Source of the DNA: an uncultured Campylobacterales bacterium
Lineage (GTDB): Bacteria; Campylobacterota; Campylobacteria; Campylobacterales; CACVAW01
DNA: 64,000 nt
Reading direction: 5' to 3'
Assembly: GCA_902727925.1 (NCBI GenBank)
Contig: CACVAW010000044.1
Coordinates: 15,111-79,110 of the forward strand
Part shown: piece after piece, positions 37,106 to 46,869 of the stretch
How positions within the stretch are numbered: position 1 is the first letter of the stretch
Layout of the letters: the number at the start of each line of letters is the position of its first letter
Made by a program: the position numbers and the translations under genes
Notes under the pieces: model-generated
Told to the model about the DNA's origin: nothing
Seen by the model: only the letters and a program-made list of their open reading frames with translations
Database searches by the model: none

Positions 37106-38332
37106 ATGAAAGTAGCTGTTATTGGTGGTGGTATAAGTGGTCTTGGTGCATCTTATATTCTAAGTCAAAAGTATGAAGTTGATTTATATGAGAAGGATTC
37201 TCGTTTAGGCGGTCATGCTAGAACAACTACAGTTAATGAAAACTCACAAAAGCTTAATATGGATACTGGGTTTTTAGTATTTAACTATGAGACATATCCA
37301 AACCTTACAAAACTATTTGCCAAACTTGATGTAAAGGTAGAAAAAAGTGATATGACTTTTGGGTTTTGGGATGAAGATAAAAATATTGCTTATAATGCAG
37401 CCAGTCTTAGCGGTATGTTTTTTCAAAAGAAAAACATATTTTCACTTAAGCATTATAAAATGATTTTTGATATATTAAAATTCAACAAAAAAGCAAATAA
37501 TGATCTTAAAAATAACAGTATAGAACTGAACCTACCTCTTGATGAATATTTAAAAAAATTTAGTCAGACTTTTAAAGATAGATATATACTTCCTATGGGA
37601 GCTGCTATTTGGTCTACACCTAGTGATGAGATATTGAGCTTTCCGACTTTAAGCTTTTTGAGATTTTTTCAAAATCATGGTCTTTTGGGTATTACAACTC
37701 AGCATCAGTGGTATACAGTAAGTAATGGAAGTATTAATTATGTCAAAAGCATTGTTCCTCATATATCGGGTAAGGTAATACTTAATAGTGATATCGTATC
37801 TGTTAGAAGAGAAAAAGATGGTGTTTATCTAATTAACAAAAACAACAAAGAGGCTTTTTATGATAAAGTGATATTTGCAACCCACGCTCCTGATACATTA
37901 TCTCTAATATCTAATCCGTCACAAGATGAAATAGCTATATTAGGTTCTTTTAAATATAAAGGAAACAAAGCTACCTTACACTCTGACAAATCAGCTCTTT
38001 ATCCAAACAAAAAGATATATGCAGCTTGGAACTACAAAAAAAGTTCTGATATTTCATTATCATATTGGATCAACAAACTACAAAACTTAAAATCAAAAAA
38101 AGATTATTTTGTGACACTTAATGATACTCAAGAGTATAAAAATACAATAGAAAAAATAGAATACTCTCATCCTCAGTTTAATGAAAATGCTATAAATGCA
38201 CAAAAAAACAAAGATGAAATTGATGGTAAAAATCATACCTATTTTTGTGGGGCATACTGGAGATACGGGTTTCATGAAGATGGACTTTGGAGTGCTACTA
38301 AAGTAGCAAAAAAACTAGGATGTGAGCTTTGA
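37106..38332 (+). CDS. FAD-dependent oxidoreductase, amine-oxidase/desaturase-like
   Basis: N-terminal dinucleotide fold VAVIGGGISGLGAS...YEKDSRLGGH. 408 aa. First gene of the translationally coupled operon. Confidence 0.8.
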   Translation: MKVAVIGGGISGLGASYILSQKYEVDLYEKDSRLGGHARTTTVNENSQKLNMDTGFLVFNYETYPNLTKLFAKLDVKVEKSDMTFGFWDEDKNIAYNAASLSGMFFQKKNIFSLKHYKMIFDILKFNKKANNDLKNNSIELNLPLDEYLKKFSQTFKDRYILPMGAAIWSTPSDEILSFPTLSFLRFFQNHGLLGITTQHQWYTVSNGSINYVKSIVPHISGKVILNSDIVSVRREKDGVYLINKNNKEAFYDKVIFATHAPDTLSLISNPSQDEIAILGSFKYKGNKATLHSDKSALYPNKKIYAAWNYKKSSDISLSYWINKLQNLKSKKDYFVTLNDTQEYKNTIEKIEYSHPQFNENAINAQKNKDEIDGKNHTYFCGAYWRYGFHEDGLWSATKVAKKLGCEL

Positions 38333-39063
38333 GCCACTATTTTCTTGAAGGTAGTATATATCACAAAAGATTTGTGCCTTTAAACAATAGTTTTAAATAC
38401 CCTTTTTATATGCTCGATATTGATATGTCTAATGTAAATTCACTCAAAAATAAATTTTTTGGAAAATTCAGACCTCTTAACTTCAAAGCAAAAGATCATT
38501 TTGGAGACTCTAATGATTTTTTACAAAATGTAAAAGATTTAGTTAAGAAGTTTGATTTTTTTTCAACTAACGATATGAGATTTTTGACACTACCTAGGAT
38601 AATGAATTTTGTATTTAATCCTATTAGTATATTAATTATATTTAAAGACAAAAAGCCATATCAAGCCCTAGTAGAAGTACATAACTACAATAATGGAAGA
38701 GTTATCTATCCTCTTACTCTAAGTGAAGATAAAAATGGATATTTTAAATGCACGACAAACAAAGATATGTATGTATCTCCATTTTTTGGCTATAATGGAG
38801 AGTATGACTTTACTTTTAAATATACAAAAGAAAATATTTTTATAAAAATAGACTTATATGAAGAAAGTACGAAAAAACTTGTTGCTATATTTGAGAGTAA
38901 GAAAAGAGCTTTTAACTCTAAAAGTAGCTTAATTATGTTTTTTAAATATCCATTTATAACCTTTGGTGTGGTTACAAAAACATTATACCAATCAATAAAA
39001 CTATTTTTCAAGAAATTAAAATTTTATAAGCCAAGAGATATCGATAAAGTAAGGAGATATTAA
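38329..39063 (+). CDS. DUF1365 family protein
   Basis: 244 aa. N-terminal GSIYHKRFVP...FKYPFYMLDIDM matches the DUF1365 pattern. ATGA overlap with the upstream gene. Confidence 0.7.
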   Translation: MSHYFLEGSIYHKRFVPLNNSFKYPFYMLDIDMSNVNSLKNKFFGKFRPLNFKAKDHFGDSNDFLQNVKDLVKKFDFFSTNDMRFLTLPRIMNFVFNPISILIIFKDKKPYQALVEVHNYNNGRVIYPLTLSEDKNGYFKCTTNKDMYVSPFFGYNGEYDFTFKYTKENIFIKIDLYEESTKKLVAIFESKKRAFNSKSSLIMFFKYPFITFGVVTKTLYQSIKLFFKKLKFYKPRDIDKVRRY

Positions 39064-40256
39064 TGAGAGGATTTTGGAATAAGTTAGGTCATAGGTTTTT
39101 ACTCAAAATTAGTGAGGGTTCACTAATGGTAACTTATCCTTGTGGCGAGAGTATTAACTACGGAGATGACAGTAGTAAGACTAAAGCCATTTTAAAGATA
39201 TATAAGAATAGCTTTTTTAAAAACCTATTTTTATATGGTGATATAGGATTTGGTGAAAGTTATATGTATGAAGACTTTAGCACAAATAGCCTTGATAATC
39301 TAATCAAGATAGGTATAATAAATTCTAAAAAACTTGGAACTCTAACAAATGATGAAAAAGGCAAATGGATAAATCTTTTACCAAACTTAAATATACTAAA
39401 ACAAAAATTAAGAAAAAACTCTAAAAAGAATTCCAAAAAAAATATTTCAGAACATTATGATCTTTCAAATGATTTCTTTGAACTAATACTTGACGATAGT
39501 ATGCTGTACTCAAGTGCTGTTTTTAATGAAAATAATTCTTTATCAAAAGCTCAAGAAAATAAGTTACAACTTCTTGTAGACAAACTTGATATAAAAGAAA
39601 ACTCACACATCCTTGAAATCGGTTCTGGTTGGGGTGCAGCAGCTCTTTATTTAGCAAAAAATACAAATTGTAAAGTAACAACAGTAACACTAAGTATAGA
39701 GCAAAAGAAGTTCTGTGAAGAAAGATTTGCAAAAGAAGGTCTATCAGACAAGATAGAAGTACTACTCAAAGACTATAGAGATGTACAAGGTCAATATGAC
39801 GGAATTATATCTATTGAAATGTTTGAAGCTGTAGGCAAAGAGTATTTCGCAACTTTTTTCAAAAAATGTGATGAGCTTCTTAAACCAAATAAAAACCTAG
39901 TAATGCAAGTAATTACAATTCCTGCACAAAGATATAAATACTACTCAAAGAGTACTGATTTTATCCAAAAGTATATTTTTCCAGGAGGACATCTTCCTAG
40001 TATTGAGAAGATGATTGAAAATACTTCAAAACATACTAGCTTTAACCTTACGCATTTAAGTGATTATACTAATGACTATGCAAAAACTTTAAATACTTGG
40101 TATGATAATTTTCAAGGTAATATAGAAAAAGTAAAAGAGTTAGGTTTTGATACAAAATTCATAAAAATGTGGGAAATGTACTTAAAATACTGCGAAATGG
40201 GTTTTATTGACAATAAAATAAACCTTAATCAACTCACATTAAAAAAGGCAATATAA
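39063..40256 (+). CDS. cfa: cyclopropane-fatty-acyl-phospholipid synthase family SAM methyltransferase
   Basis: SAM motif ILEIGSGWGAAALYLA, HYDLSNDFF and the CMAS-type C-terminal region. 397 aa. Confidence 0.85.
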   Translation: MRGFWNKLGHRFLLKISEGSLMVTYPCGESINYGDDSSKTKAILKIYKNSFFKNLFLYGDIGFGESYMYEDFSTNSLDNLIKIGIINSKKLGTLTNDEKGKWINLLPNLNILKQKLRKNSKKNSKKNISEHYDLSNDFFELILDDSMLYSSAVFNENNSLSKAQENKLQLLVDKLDIKENSHILEIGSGWGAAALYLAKNTNCKVTTVTLSIEQKKFCEERFAKEGLSDKIEVLLKDYRDVQGQYDGIISIEMFEAVGKEYFATFFKKCDELLKPNKNLVMQVITIPAQRYKYYSKSTDFIQKYIFPGGHLPSIEKMIENTSKHTSFNLTHLSDYTNDYAKTLNTWYDNFQGNIEKVKELGFDTKFIKMWEMYLKYCEMGFIDNKINLNQLTLKKAI

Positions 40257-40816
40257 TGAAATATATAGTTCTAATAACAATATTAATATTTACAGGATGT
40301 AGCATGAAATTAGAAGATTTTAAAAATACAACACCCAAGTTCATTCCAAAAGTTCACTTAAATGGCACTATAAAAGCTTATGGTCTTATCAAGTCAAGAA
40401 GTGGGAAAATCACAAGAAGATTTGAAGCTGATATGATAGGTAGCTGGGAAGAAAATGGTTCAGGGGAGCTAAAAGAGAACTTCATATACGATGACGGTGA
40501 AAAAGAACAAAGAATTTGGAAGTTAACACCAAATAAAGATGGAAGTTATAATGCAACTGCAAATGATATAGTAGGTGTAGGAGTAATGAAAGTAGAAGGT
40601 AATAGCCTATTTATAGATTATGTACTAAGAATAACTTACAATGAAAAACCTTTAGACGTTAGAATAAAAGACTGGCTACACTTGCAAAATGATGGTGTAA
40701 TACTAAATAATTCAGATATCACAAAATGGGGATTTAAAGTAGGCGAAATAGTTGCTACTATGATAAAAACACCGTTTAAGCCCAAAGATATACTAAGAAA
40801 AGAAGTAAACAAATGA
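40256..40816 (+). CDS. DUF3833 family lipoprotein
   Basis: Lipobox IFTGC. RRFEADMIGSWEENGSGELKENFIYDDGEKEQRIWKL and DWLHL follow the DUF3833 pattern. Confidence 0.6.
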   Translation: MKYIVLITILIFTGCSMKLEDFKNTTPKFIPKVHLNGTIKAYGLIKSRSGKITRRFEADMIGSWEENGSGELKENFIYDDGEKEQRIWKLTPNKDGSYNATANDIVGVGVMKVEGNSLFIDYVLRITYNEKPLDVRIKDWLHLQNDGVILNNSDITKWGFKVGEIVATMIKTPFKPKDILRKEVNK

Positions 40817-41532
40817 AACATATCTGGATAATTGGAGGAAGCAGTGGTATAGGGCTTGAACTTGTAAAAATTTGGTGTAAAGAAAATGTCAAACTAACAA
40901 TAAGCTCAAGAAATATATCATCCAATGAAACTCTTGTCTCATTAAGAAATAGCCATGATAATATCTTTCTACTTGATATAGATGTATCAAAAGAGATACA
41001 AGCCGTACCTACTGATATAGACCTACTCTTTTATAATGTGGGTGTTTATGAACCAACCACTATGGATTCTAGTTTTGAAGATTTTGAAAATATGATTAAT
41101 ACAAACTATTTAGGTTTTTTAAGAGTATTTAAAAAAGCACTTAAAAATATGAATCCAAATTCAAAGATAGTAGCAAATGCAAGTCTATCAAGCTATTTTG
41201 GACTTGTAAATTCAGGAGCATATTCAGCTTCAAAATCAGCCCTTGTAAACCTATGCCAATCATTCCAACCTGAACTAGCACTAAAAGGTATTAACCTTCA
41301 AGTTATTAACCATGGTTTTGTAAAAACCAGACTTACAGATAAAAACGAATTTGAAATGCCAGGATTAATGACTCCAAAAGATACAGCAAAAAGAATCATC
41401 AAAGAAATTAATAAATCCAATAAATTCGAAATTAGATTTCCCTTTAAAGTGAGTATGTTTTTGAGCTTTTTTAGATTTAGTCCATATAGACTTTCACTAT
41501 ATCTAAACAAAAAACTACTCAAAAACTCTTAA
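40813..41532 (+). CDS. SDR family oxidoreductase
   Basis: IIGGSSGIGLEL cofactor motif and the YSASK catalytic motif. Confidence 0.8.
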   Translation: MKHIWIIGGSSGIGLELVKIWCKENVKLTISSRNISSNETLVSLRNSHDNIFLLDIDVSKEIQAVPTDIDLLFYNVGVYEPTTMDSSFEDFENMINTNYLGFLRVFKKALKNMNPNSKIVANASLSSYFGLVNSGAYSASKSALVNLCQSFQPELALKGINLQVINHGFVKTRLTDKNEFEMPGLMTPKDTAKRIIKEINKSNKFEIRFPFKVSMFLSFFRFSPYRLSLYLNKKLLKNS

Positions 41533-41542
41533 AGGTAATATA

Positions 41543-42763
41543 ATGAAAAATATATTTTTATATGGTACTTTGGCTTTTCCTATAGCTATAATGGGTCTGC
41601 CTCTTTATATTTATTTACCTAATTTTTATTCTACTACTATCAGTGTTGGGTTAGTGGGATTAGTGCTATTTGTAGCTAGAATTATAGATATGGCACTTGA
41701 CCCTTTTACAGGAAGACTAAGCGATTTGCTTCCAAATAGAATGATACTTATATTTATTGGGTGTTTTTGTCTTCTTTTTGGTTTTTTTGGGCTTGTTAAT
41801 CCTGCAGAGAATCATGAAGTCGCTTGGCTTTTTATCTTTTCTATATTTACATATACAGGATGGAGTATCTTAAATATATCTTATTTTGCACTAGGAAGTG
41901 ATCTTGGTAAATCATACCAAGAGAACAACTACTTTGCATTTTCAAGAGAGGTATTTACCATATTTGGAGTGATATTTGCACTTTTAGTGCCATATATATA
42001 TAGTGTATCTCAAAACTCAGAAGAATCATTACAGCTATACCTTAATTATATATTCATTGTATTACCTATTGTTTTTATTTTGTTTTGGTTATGCTTAAAA
42101 GAGCCTAAAAGAAAAACAAAAATAATACCTTTTGCCTCATCTCTTAAAGCTTTTTTTATAAGTTTTAAAGAATCAAAATACCTTTTTATTGGGTTTATTT
42201 TGAATAGTACAGCAAATGCACTTCCAGCAACTCTATTTTTATTTTTTGTTGATTTAGTTTTACAAACTCCAGAAAAATCAGGTCTTCTTCTTATTGTATA
42301 CTTTGCTTCGGGTGTATTAGCACTTCCTATCTGGCTTTTTTTAAGCTCAAAAATTAGTAAACTCAAAGTTTGGATTATATCTATGGTTTTAGCTTGTATT
42401 ACATTTGCATTTGTTCCATTTGTTGGAAGTGGAGACTTCATACTATTTCTTATTATTTGTGTAATTACTGGTATGAGTTTGGGTGCGGATATGGCTCTCC
42501 CCTCTTCTATCCAAGCAGATATTTCACAAGATATTAGTAGAAATGAAAACGAACTCTCAGGAGTACTTTTTGGAATATGGGCAATGATCACAAAACTTTC
42601 ACTTGCTCTTGGGGTTGGTATATCTTTTATTGCCTTAGAACTTTGCAACTTTGATACAGTAAATCCCGAACCAAACTCTTTGGGAATACTTATATTTTTA
42701 TACTCAGTTTTACCTATAATACTTAAAATATCAGCGATACTATTTTTAAGGAAATTTAAATGA
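41543..42763 (+). CDS. MFS transporter (GPH-like)
   Basis: 406 aa with about 12 TM helices and a DPFTGRLSD loop motif between TM2 and TM3. Confidence 0.7.
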   Translation: MKNIFLYGTLAFPIAIMGLPLYIYLPNFYSTTISVGLVGLVLFVARIIDMALDPFTGRLSDLLPNRMILIFIGCFCLLFGFFGLVNPAENHEVAWLFIFSIFTYTGWSILNISYFALGSDLGKSYQENNYFAFSREVFTIFGVIFALLVPYIYSVSQNSEESLQLYLNYIFIVLPIVFILFWLCLKEPKRKTKIIPFASSLKAFFISFKESKYLFIGFILNSTANALPATLFLFFVDLVLQTPEKSGLLLIVYFASGVLALPIWLFLSSKISKLKVWIISMVLACITFAFVPFVGSGDFILFLIICVITGMSLGADMALPSSIQADISQDISRNENELSGVLFGIWAMITKLSLALGVGISFIALELCNFDTVNPEPNSLGILIFLYSVLPIILKISAILFLRKFK

Positions 42764-43236
42764 AATTTATAGTTTTTTTATTACTTGTTTTAAATACTCT
42801 TAGTGCTGTAGACAAAGAGAAGTTTTCAGGTAGATGGTATGAAATAGCAAGAACACCAAACAAATATCAAAAAGAGTGTACAAAGTCGTATGTAGAGTAT
42901 GACTTTGTAAATAAAAACAAAGTAAAAAATATATGTCAGACTAAAGATAATGAAACAAACAAATATAAAGGTCATGCAAGTCTTGTAGACAAGGACTATT
43001 TAAAACTAAGGTATTATTTAATCTTCACAGTAAAATACAAAATTACTTATTTAAATGACTATAAAACAGCTGTAGTAGCTGATGATAAATATTTGTGGAT
43101 ACTTAGCCGTGAAAAGAATATTAATGAGACAGAACTAGAAAAAATTTTGAATATTATTAAAGACCATAAAAACTTTTCAAAACTAATTTTTTCTGACTAT
43201 GCTCCAATAAAATATACAAAAAAGAAGAATAAATGA
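42760..43236 (+). CDS. blc: bacterial lipocalin (Blc-like)
   Basis: Signal peptide followed by the lipocalin signature FSGRWYEIARTPNKYQKEC. Confidence 0.75.
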   Translation: MKFIVFLLLVLNTLSAVDKEKFSGRWYEIARTPNKYQKECTKSYVEYDFVNKNKVKNICQTKDNETNKYKGHASLVDKDYLKLRYYLIFTVKYKITYLNDYKTAVVADDKYLWILSREKNINETELEKILNIIKDHKNFSKLIFSDYAPIKYTKKKNK

Positions 43237-43775
43237 AATATATAATCTCACTAATAGTAACAATAAATATTGCGTTTGCAAATATTTATGATTTTAATGT
43301 AACAACAATAGATGGGAATAATACATCTATGCAAAAATACAAAAATAGAGTTATTTTGATAGTCAATACTGCAAGTAAATGTGGCTTTGTAAATCAATTT
43401 AAAGGGTTAGAAAAACTTTATCAAAAATACAAAGACCAAGGTCTTAGTGTATTAGGCTTTCCTTCTAATGGATTTAAAAATCAAGAACCTAAAACAAATA
43501 AAGGTATAAAAAATTTTTGCGAAGCTAACTACAACGTGAGTTTTGATCTCTTTAGTAAAATTGAAGTCAATGGCAAAAATATCCATCCTATGTATACATA
43601 TCTTAAAGACGAAGCACGAGGTTTTTTAGGAAGTAAAAGAGTAAAGTGGAATTTCACAAAATTTTTGGTTCGTAGTAATGGTCAGATATATGATAGGTAT
43701 TCACCATATACCAAGCCTAAAAGCCTAGAAGAAGATATAGAGATGCTACTAAATGAAATCAACACCACACACTAA
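43233..43775 (+). CDS. glutathione peroxidase (Cys type)
   Basis: Motifs NTASKCGF, LGFPSNGF and WNFTKFLV. The catalytic residue is encoded by TGT, not TGA. Confidence 0.9.
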   Translation: MKYIISLIVTINIAFANIYDFNVTTIDGNNTSMQKYKNRVILIVNTASKCGFVNQFKGLEKLYQKYKDQGLSVLGFPSNGFKNQEPKTNKGIKNFCEANYNVSFDLFSKIEVNGKNIHPMYTYLKDEARGFLGSKRVKWNFTKFLVRSNGQIYDRYSPYTKPKSLEEDIEMLLNEINTTH

Positions 43776-45154
43776 TGATATATGATCATATCGTTGTAGG
43801 CTCAGGAATTGGAGGAGCACTTGTATTTAATAATTTAGATAACGCTTTGCTTATAGAAAAAGACTCTAACCTAGGAGGATGTGCCTCAACCTTTAAAAAA
43901 AATGGCAAATTCTATAACGCAGGTGCAACTACATTTATAAAAAACAATATTATAGATAAGCTAATAAATAAAAAACTCAACCTAAAAAAAAGTACAACAG
44001 CAATTAGAATTATACAAAACAATAAAATAATTGATAGAACTACTAATTTTGATAAATTCATAAAAGACTTGAATACTTCTTATCCTCATCCTAATAATAA
44101 AATATTCTGGTCAAAAATAAAAACTCTAGACGAAAGATTTTGGGAAATAAAAAATATATATTACTCAAAACATTCAATCAAATCATATTTTAAGACTTTT
44201 GTTTTCGCTCTAAAATTATTATTTGTATTTAGACTGGATTTATTCCGTACAGCTGATTCTTTTATCAAAAAAACACTTCCTAACTTATCACAAGAATACC
44301 TTAATATGATAGACGCTCAATGCCTAATAACTTTACAAGAAAAATCAGACAAAGTACCATTACTAGGACTTGCCCTTGGACTGGCTTATCCATTCAAAGA
44401 TATATACTATCCTGTAGGTGGAATGGGAAACATTATAGAAAGTATATTAGAAAACAAAAACATAAAGCGTAATGAAAAAGTAGTATTAATAAAAAAAGAA
44501 AAAACCGATTTTTTAGTAACAACAAACAAAGATAAATATAGATGCAAGAATATAATTTTAAATAGCTCTATATATTCATCAAAATATCTATTTTGTAACA
44601 AAAAGATACAAAAATATTATGATAAGTTTGAATTTAGTGACAAAAGTGCCTTTGTAGTGAATATGTTTATAAAAACAAAACAAAAATTTCTGCATCACTA
44701 TCAAATAATACTAAACAACAATATACCAAACTGTATATCAAATTCATTTTTTATATCTTTTTCTGACTTAGATGACCCAAAAATGAGTGATGGTGGATAC
44801 AGCCTAACAATATCCACACACACAAAAGCCCTACTCTGGAAAAACTTATCAAAAGATGAATATAAAACCCAAAAACTAAGAACTCAAAATTTCATATTAA
44901 AAGAATTCTTAACATATTTTGGAGAAATTCATAAAAATGATATTGAAACTATATTTAGTGCAACATCTACAACTTACCAAAACTATATATCAAGACTAAA
45001 CTGCGGAGGCAAAGCAGTAAGTTTCAAAAATATATTGAAAATTCCAAGTCTCAAAACACCATTTAAAGGGCTATATAATGTAGGAGACACTACTATAGCT
45101 CAAGGTTGGCCAGGAGTTGCAATTGGCTCAAATATAGTACTAGGCGAATTATGA
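43775..45154 (+). CDS. phytoene-desaturase-family (CrtI-like) FAD-dependent oxidoreductase
   Basis: N-terminal VVGSGIGGA...EKDSNLGGC and a C-terminal GDTT...GWPGV motif. 459 aa. Confidence 0.6.
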   Translation: MIYDHIVVGSGIGGALVFNNLDNALLIEKDSNLGGCASTFKKNGKFYNAGATTFIKNNIIDKLINKKLNLKKSTTAIRIIQNNKIIDRTTNFDKFIKDLNTSYPHPNNKIFWSKIKTLDERFWEIKNIYYSKHSIKSYFKTFVFALKLLFVFRLDLFRTADSFIKKTLPNLSQEYLNMIDAQCLITLQEKSDKVPLLGLALGLAYPFKDIYYPVGGMGNIIESILENKNIKRNEKVVLIKKEKTDFLVTTNKDKYRCKNIILNSSIYSSKYLFCNKKIQKYYDKFEFSDKSAFVVNMFIKTKQKFLHHYQIILNNNIPNCISNSFFISFSDLDDPKMSDGGYSLTISTHTKALLWKNLSKDEYKTQKLRTQNFILKEFLTYFGEIHKNDIETIFSATSTTYQNYISRLNCGGKAVSFKNILKIPSLKTPFKGLYNVGDTTIAQGWPGVAIGSNIVLGEL

Positions 45155-46140
45155 CACATCAAACAGAACTAAAAATATCTATTAAAGATTGGGTGTACAT
45201 CACTTTTATAGCTAGTTTATTTGGCTTTTTTATATCTTTTCTTTTTTATTACATTGAAGACAACTTTAGAGATATATCAACAGTTTTTTTTGGTACAGTT
45301 AGTGCTATGAGTATATCTTTGGCTTCATCTTTTTTTATCACCATTTCAAATAATTTTATCTTACCTCATACAAGTGAGAAATTTTGGTATATTATAAGCT
45401 TTATGTTTTCTTTTATTTCTGGAGTACTTGGATTTTTAGTAAGCTTTAACATATTTTTCTTTTTTGAGATTAGTATTATAGAAGTAATTAAGCCTTTTTG
45501 GCTTCATATCACAATACTAAGTGGATTTCTAACATTTTTGATAGGATTTATATTACATCAGTTCATATCACATAGATACAAAATTCAACTAATCAAATCA
45601 AAACTTCTTGAAAATAAAATACTAGCACTTGAAAACGAGCTTAACCCTCATTTTTTGTTTAATGCACTTAACTCTATTTCTGAACTCATTCACATAGATA
45701 CACAAAAAGCAGAAGACTCAATATCACACTTATCTCAGTTCTTACGTAATGCAATAACAAAAAAAAGCTTGATAAGCCTTCAAGATGAAGTAGAGATGGT
45801 AAAAACATATGTAGCTATAGAAAATATAAGATTTAGTAATAAAATAAAACTCACGATCACTGATGATTTACCAAATATAAAAATACCAAAATTCTCAATC
45901 CAGCTCTTAGTAGAAAATGCTATTAAACATGGTCTTACATCTTCTAATCTAGAAATAAAAATTAATGTTAAAGAAAATAAAATCATAATATCCAATAATG
46001 GTAAAAAACCTCAAAATATAAAATTTGGAATAGGTCTAACAAATCTAAACAATAGATTAGAACTTCTAGATATTGGAAGTTTAAATTATAATATTGAAGA
46101 TGAAATGATTTTTAATATACAACTAAAGGATATTAAATGA
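45151..46140 (+). CDS. LytS/YehU-type sensor histidine kinase
   Basis: The likely start is the ATG at 45151, an ATGA overlap with the upstream stop. About 5 TM helices, then the His_kinase motif NPHFLFNALNSI and the ATPase N-box LLVENAIKHG. Confidence 0.8.
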   Translation: MTHQTELKISIKDWVYITFIASLFGFFISFLFYYIEDNFRDISTVFFGTVSAMSISLASSFFITISNNFILPHTSEKFWYIISFMFSFISGVLGFLVSFNIFFFFEISIIEVIKPFWLHITILSGFLTFLIGFILHQFISHRYKIQLIKSKLLENKILALENELNPHFLFNALNSISELIHIDTQKAEDSISHLSQFLRNAITKKSLISLQDEVEMVKTYVAIENIRFSNKIKLTITDDLPNIKIPKFSIQLLVENAIKHGLTSSNLEIKINVKENKIIISNNGKKPQNIKFGIGLTNLNNRLELLDIGSLNYNIEDEMIFNIQLKDIK

Positions 46141-46844
46141 AAGTACTAATAGTAGATGACGAAGAACTATCTCTACAAAAACTAAGAAGATTACTTAAAA
46201 ATGAAGGAATAGAAGATGTAACCTCTTTTGACAATCCTATAGAAGCCCTTAAAAAGGCTAAAAGCACTAAATTTGATATTGTTTTTTTGGATATATCTAT
46301 GCCCGAAATGAGTGGTCTTGAGTTAGCAAATAATATTTTAGAATTAGAACCAGCAACCTTTATTATCTTTCAAACTGCATTTAGTGAATATTCACTTCAA
46401 GGTTTTCAAAGCGGTGGGATTGATTATCTTTTAAAACCAATCACAAAAGAAAATATAAAAAAAGCTCTTGAAAAAATTTATAATCTACTACCAGAAAAAA
46501 AATCCAAACCTAAAATATTAGCAAAAAACCTAAATACACTATACTTAATTGATATAAACGATATCTACTACATACAAGCTGATCTTGATGAAGTGATAAT
46601 CAAAATAAAAGACAATATAGCATACACAAGAAGAAAAATAAGCGAACTTGAAAGCTTTTTGAAAAGTCATAATTTCTTTAGAATACATAGATCGTATATT
46701 GTAAATGTAGATAAAATCAAATCAATGAAAACAGTAGAGCAATCAAAACTACAAATAAGTTTTGATGATATTGAAGAGGTAATTACAAGCTCAAAAGATG
46801 GGGCAAAAGAGTTCCGTGAGTATATAGAAAGACGTAGTCTTTAA
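46137..46844 (+). CDS. LytTR-family response regulator
   Basis: Receiver domain (VLIVDDE, FLDISMP) and a C-terminal LytTR domain (FFRIHRSYIVN). ATGA overlap with the kinase. Confidence 0.9.
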   Translation: MKVLIVDDEELSLQKLRRLLKNEGIEDVTSFDNPIEALKKAKSTKFDIVFLDISMPEMSGLELANNILELEPATFIIFQTAFSEYSLQGFQSGGIDYLLKPITKENIKKALEKIYNLLPEKKSKPKILAKNLNTLYLIDINDIYYIQADLDEVIIKIKDNIAYTRRKISELESFLKSHNFFRIHRSYIVNVDKIKSMKTVEQSKLQISFDDIEEVITSSKDGAKEFREYIERRSL

Positions 46845-46869
46845 CATACTCACAATTTATTTAACTATA

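Noticed and set aside
43233-43775. Possible selenocysteine (TGA recoding) in the glutathione peroxidase
   Set aside because: The catalytic position is encoded by TGT (NTASKCGF). There is no in-frame TGA and no need for a SECIS element.
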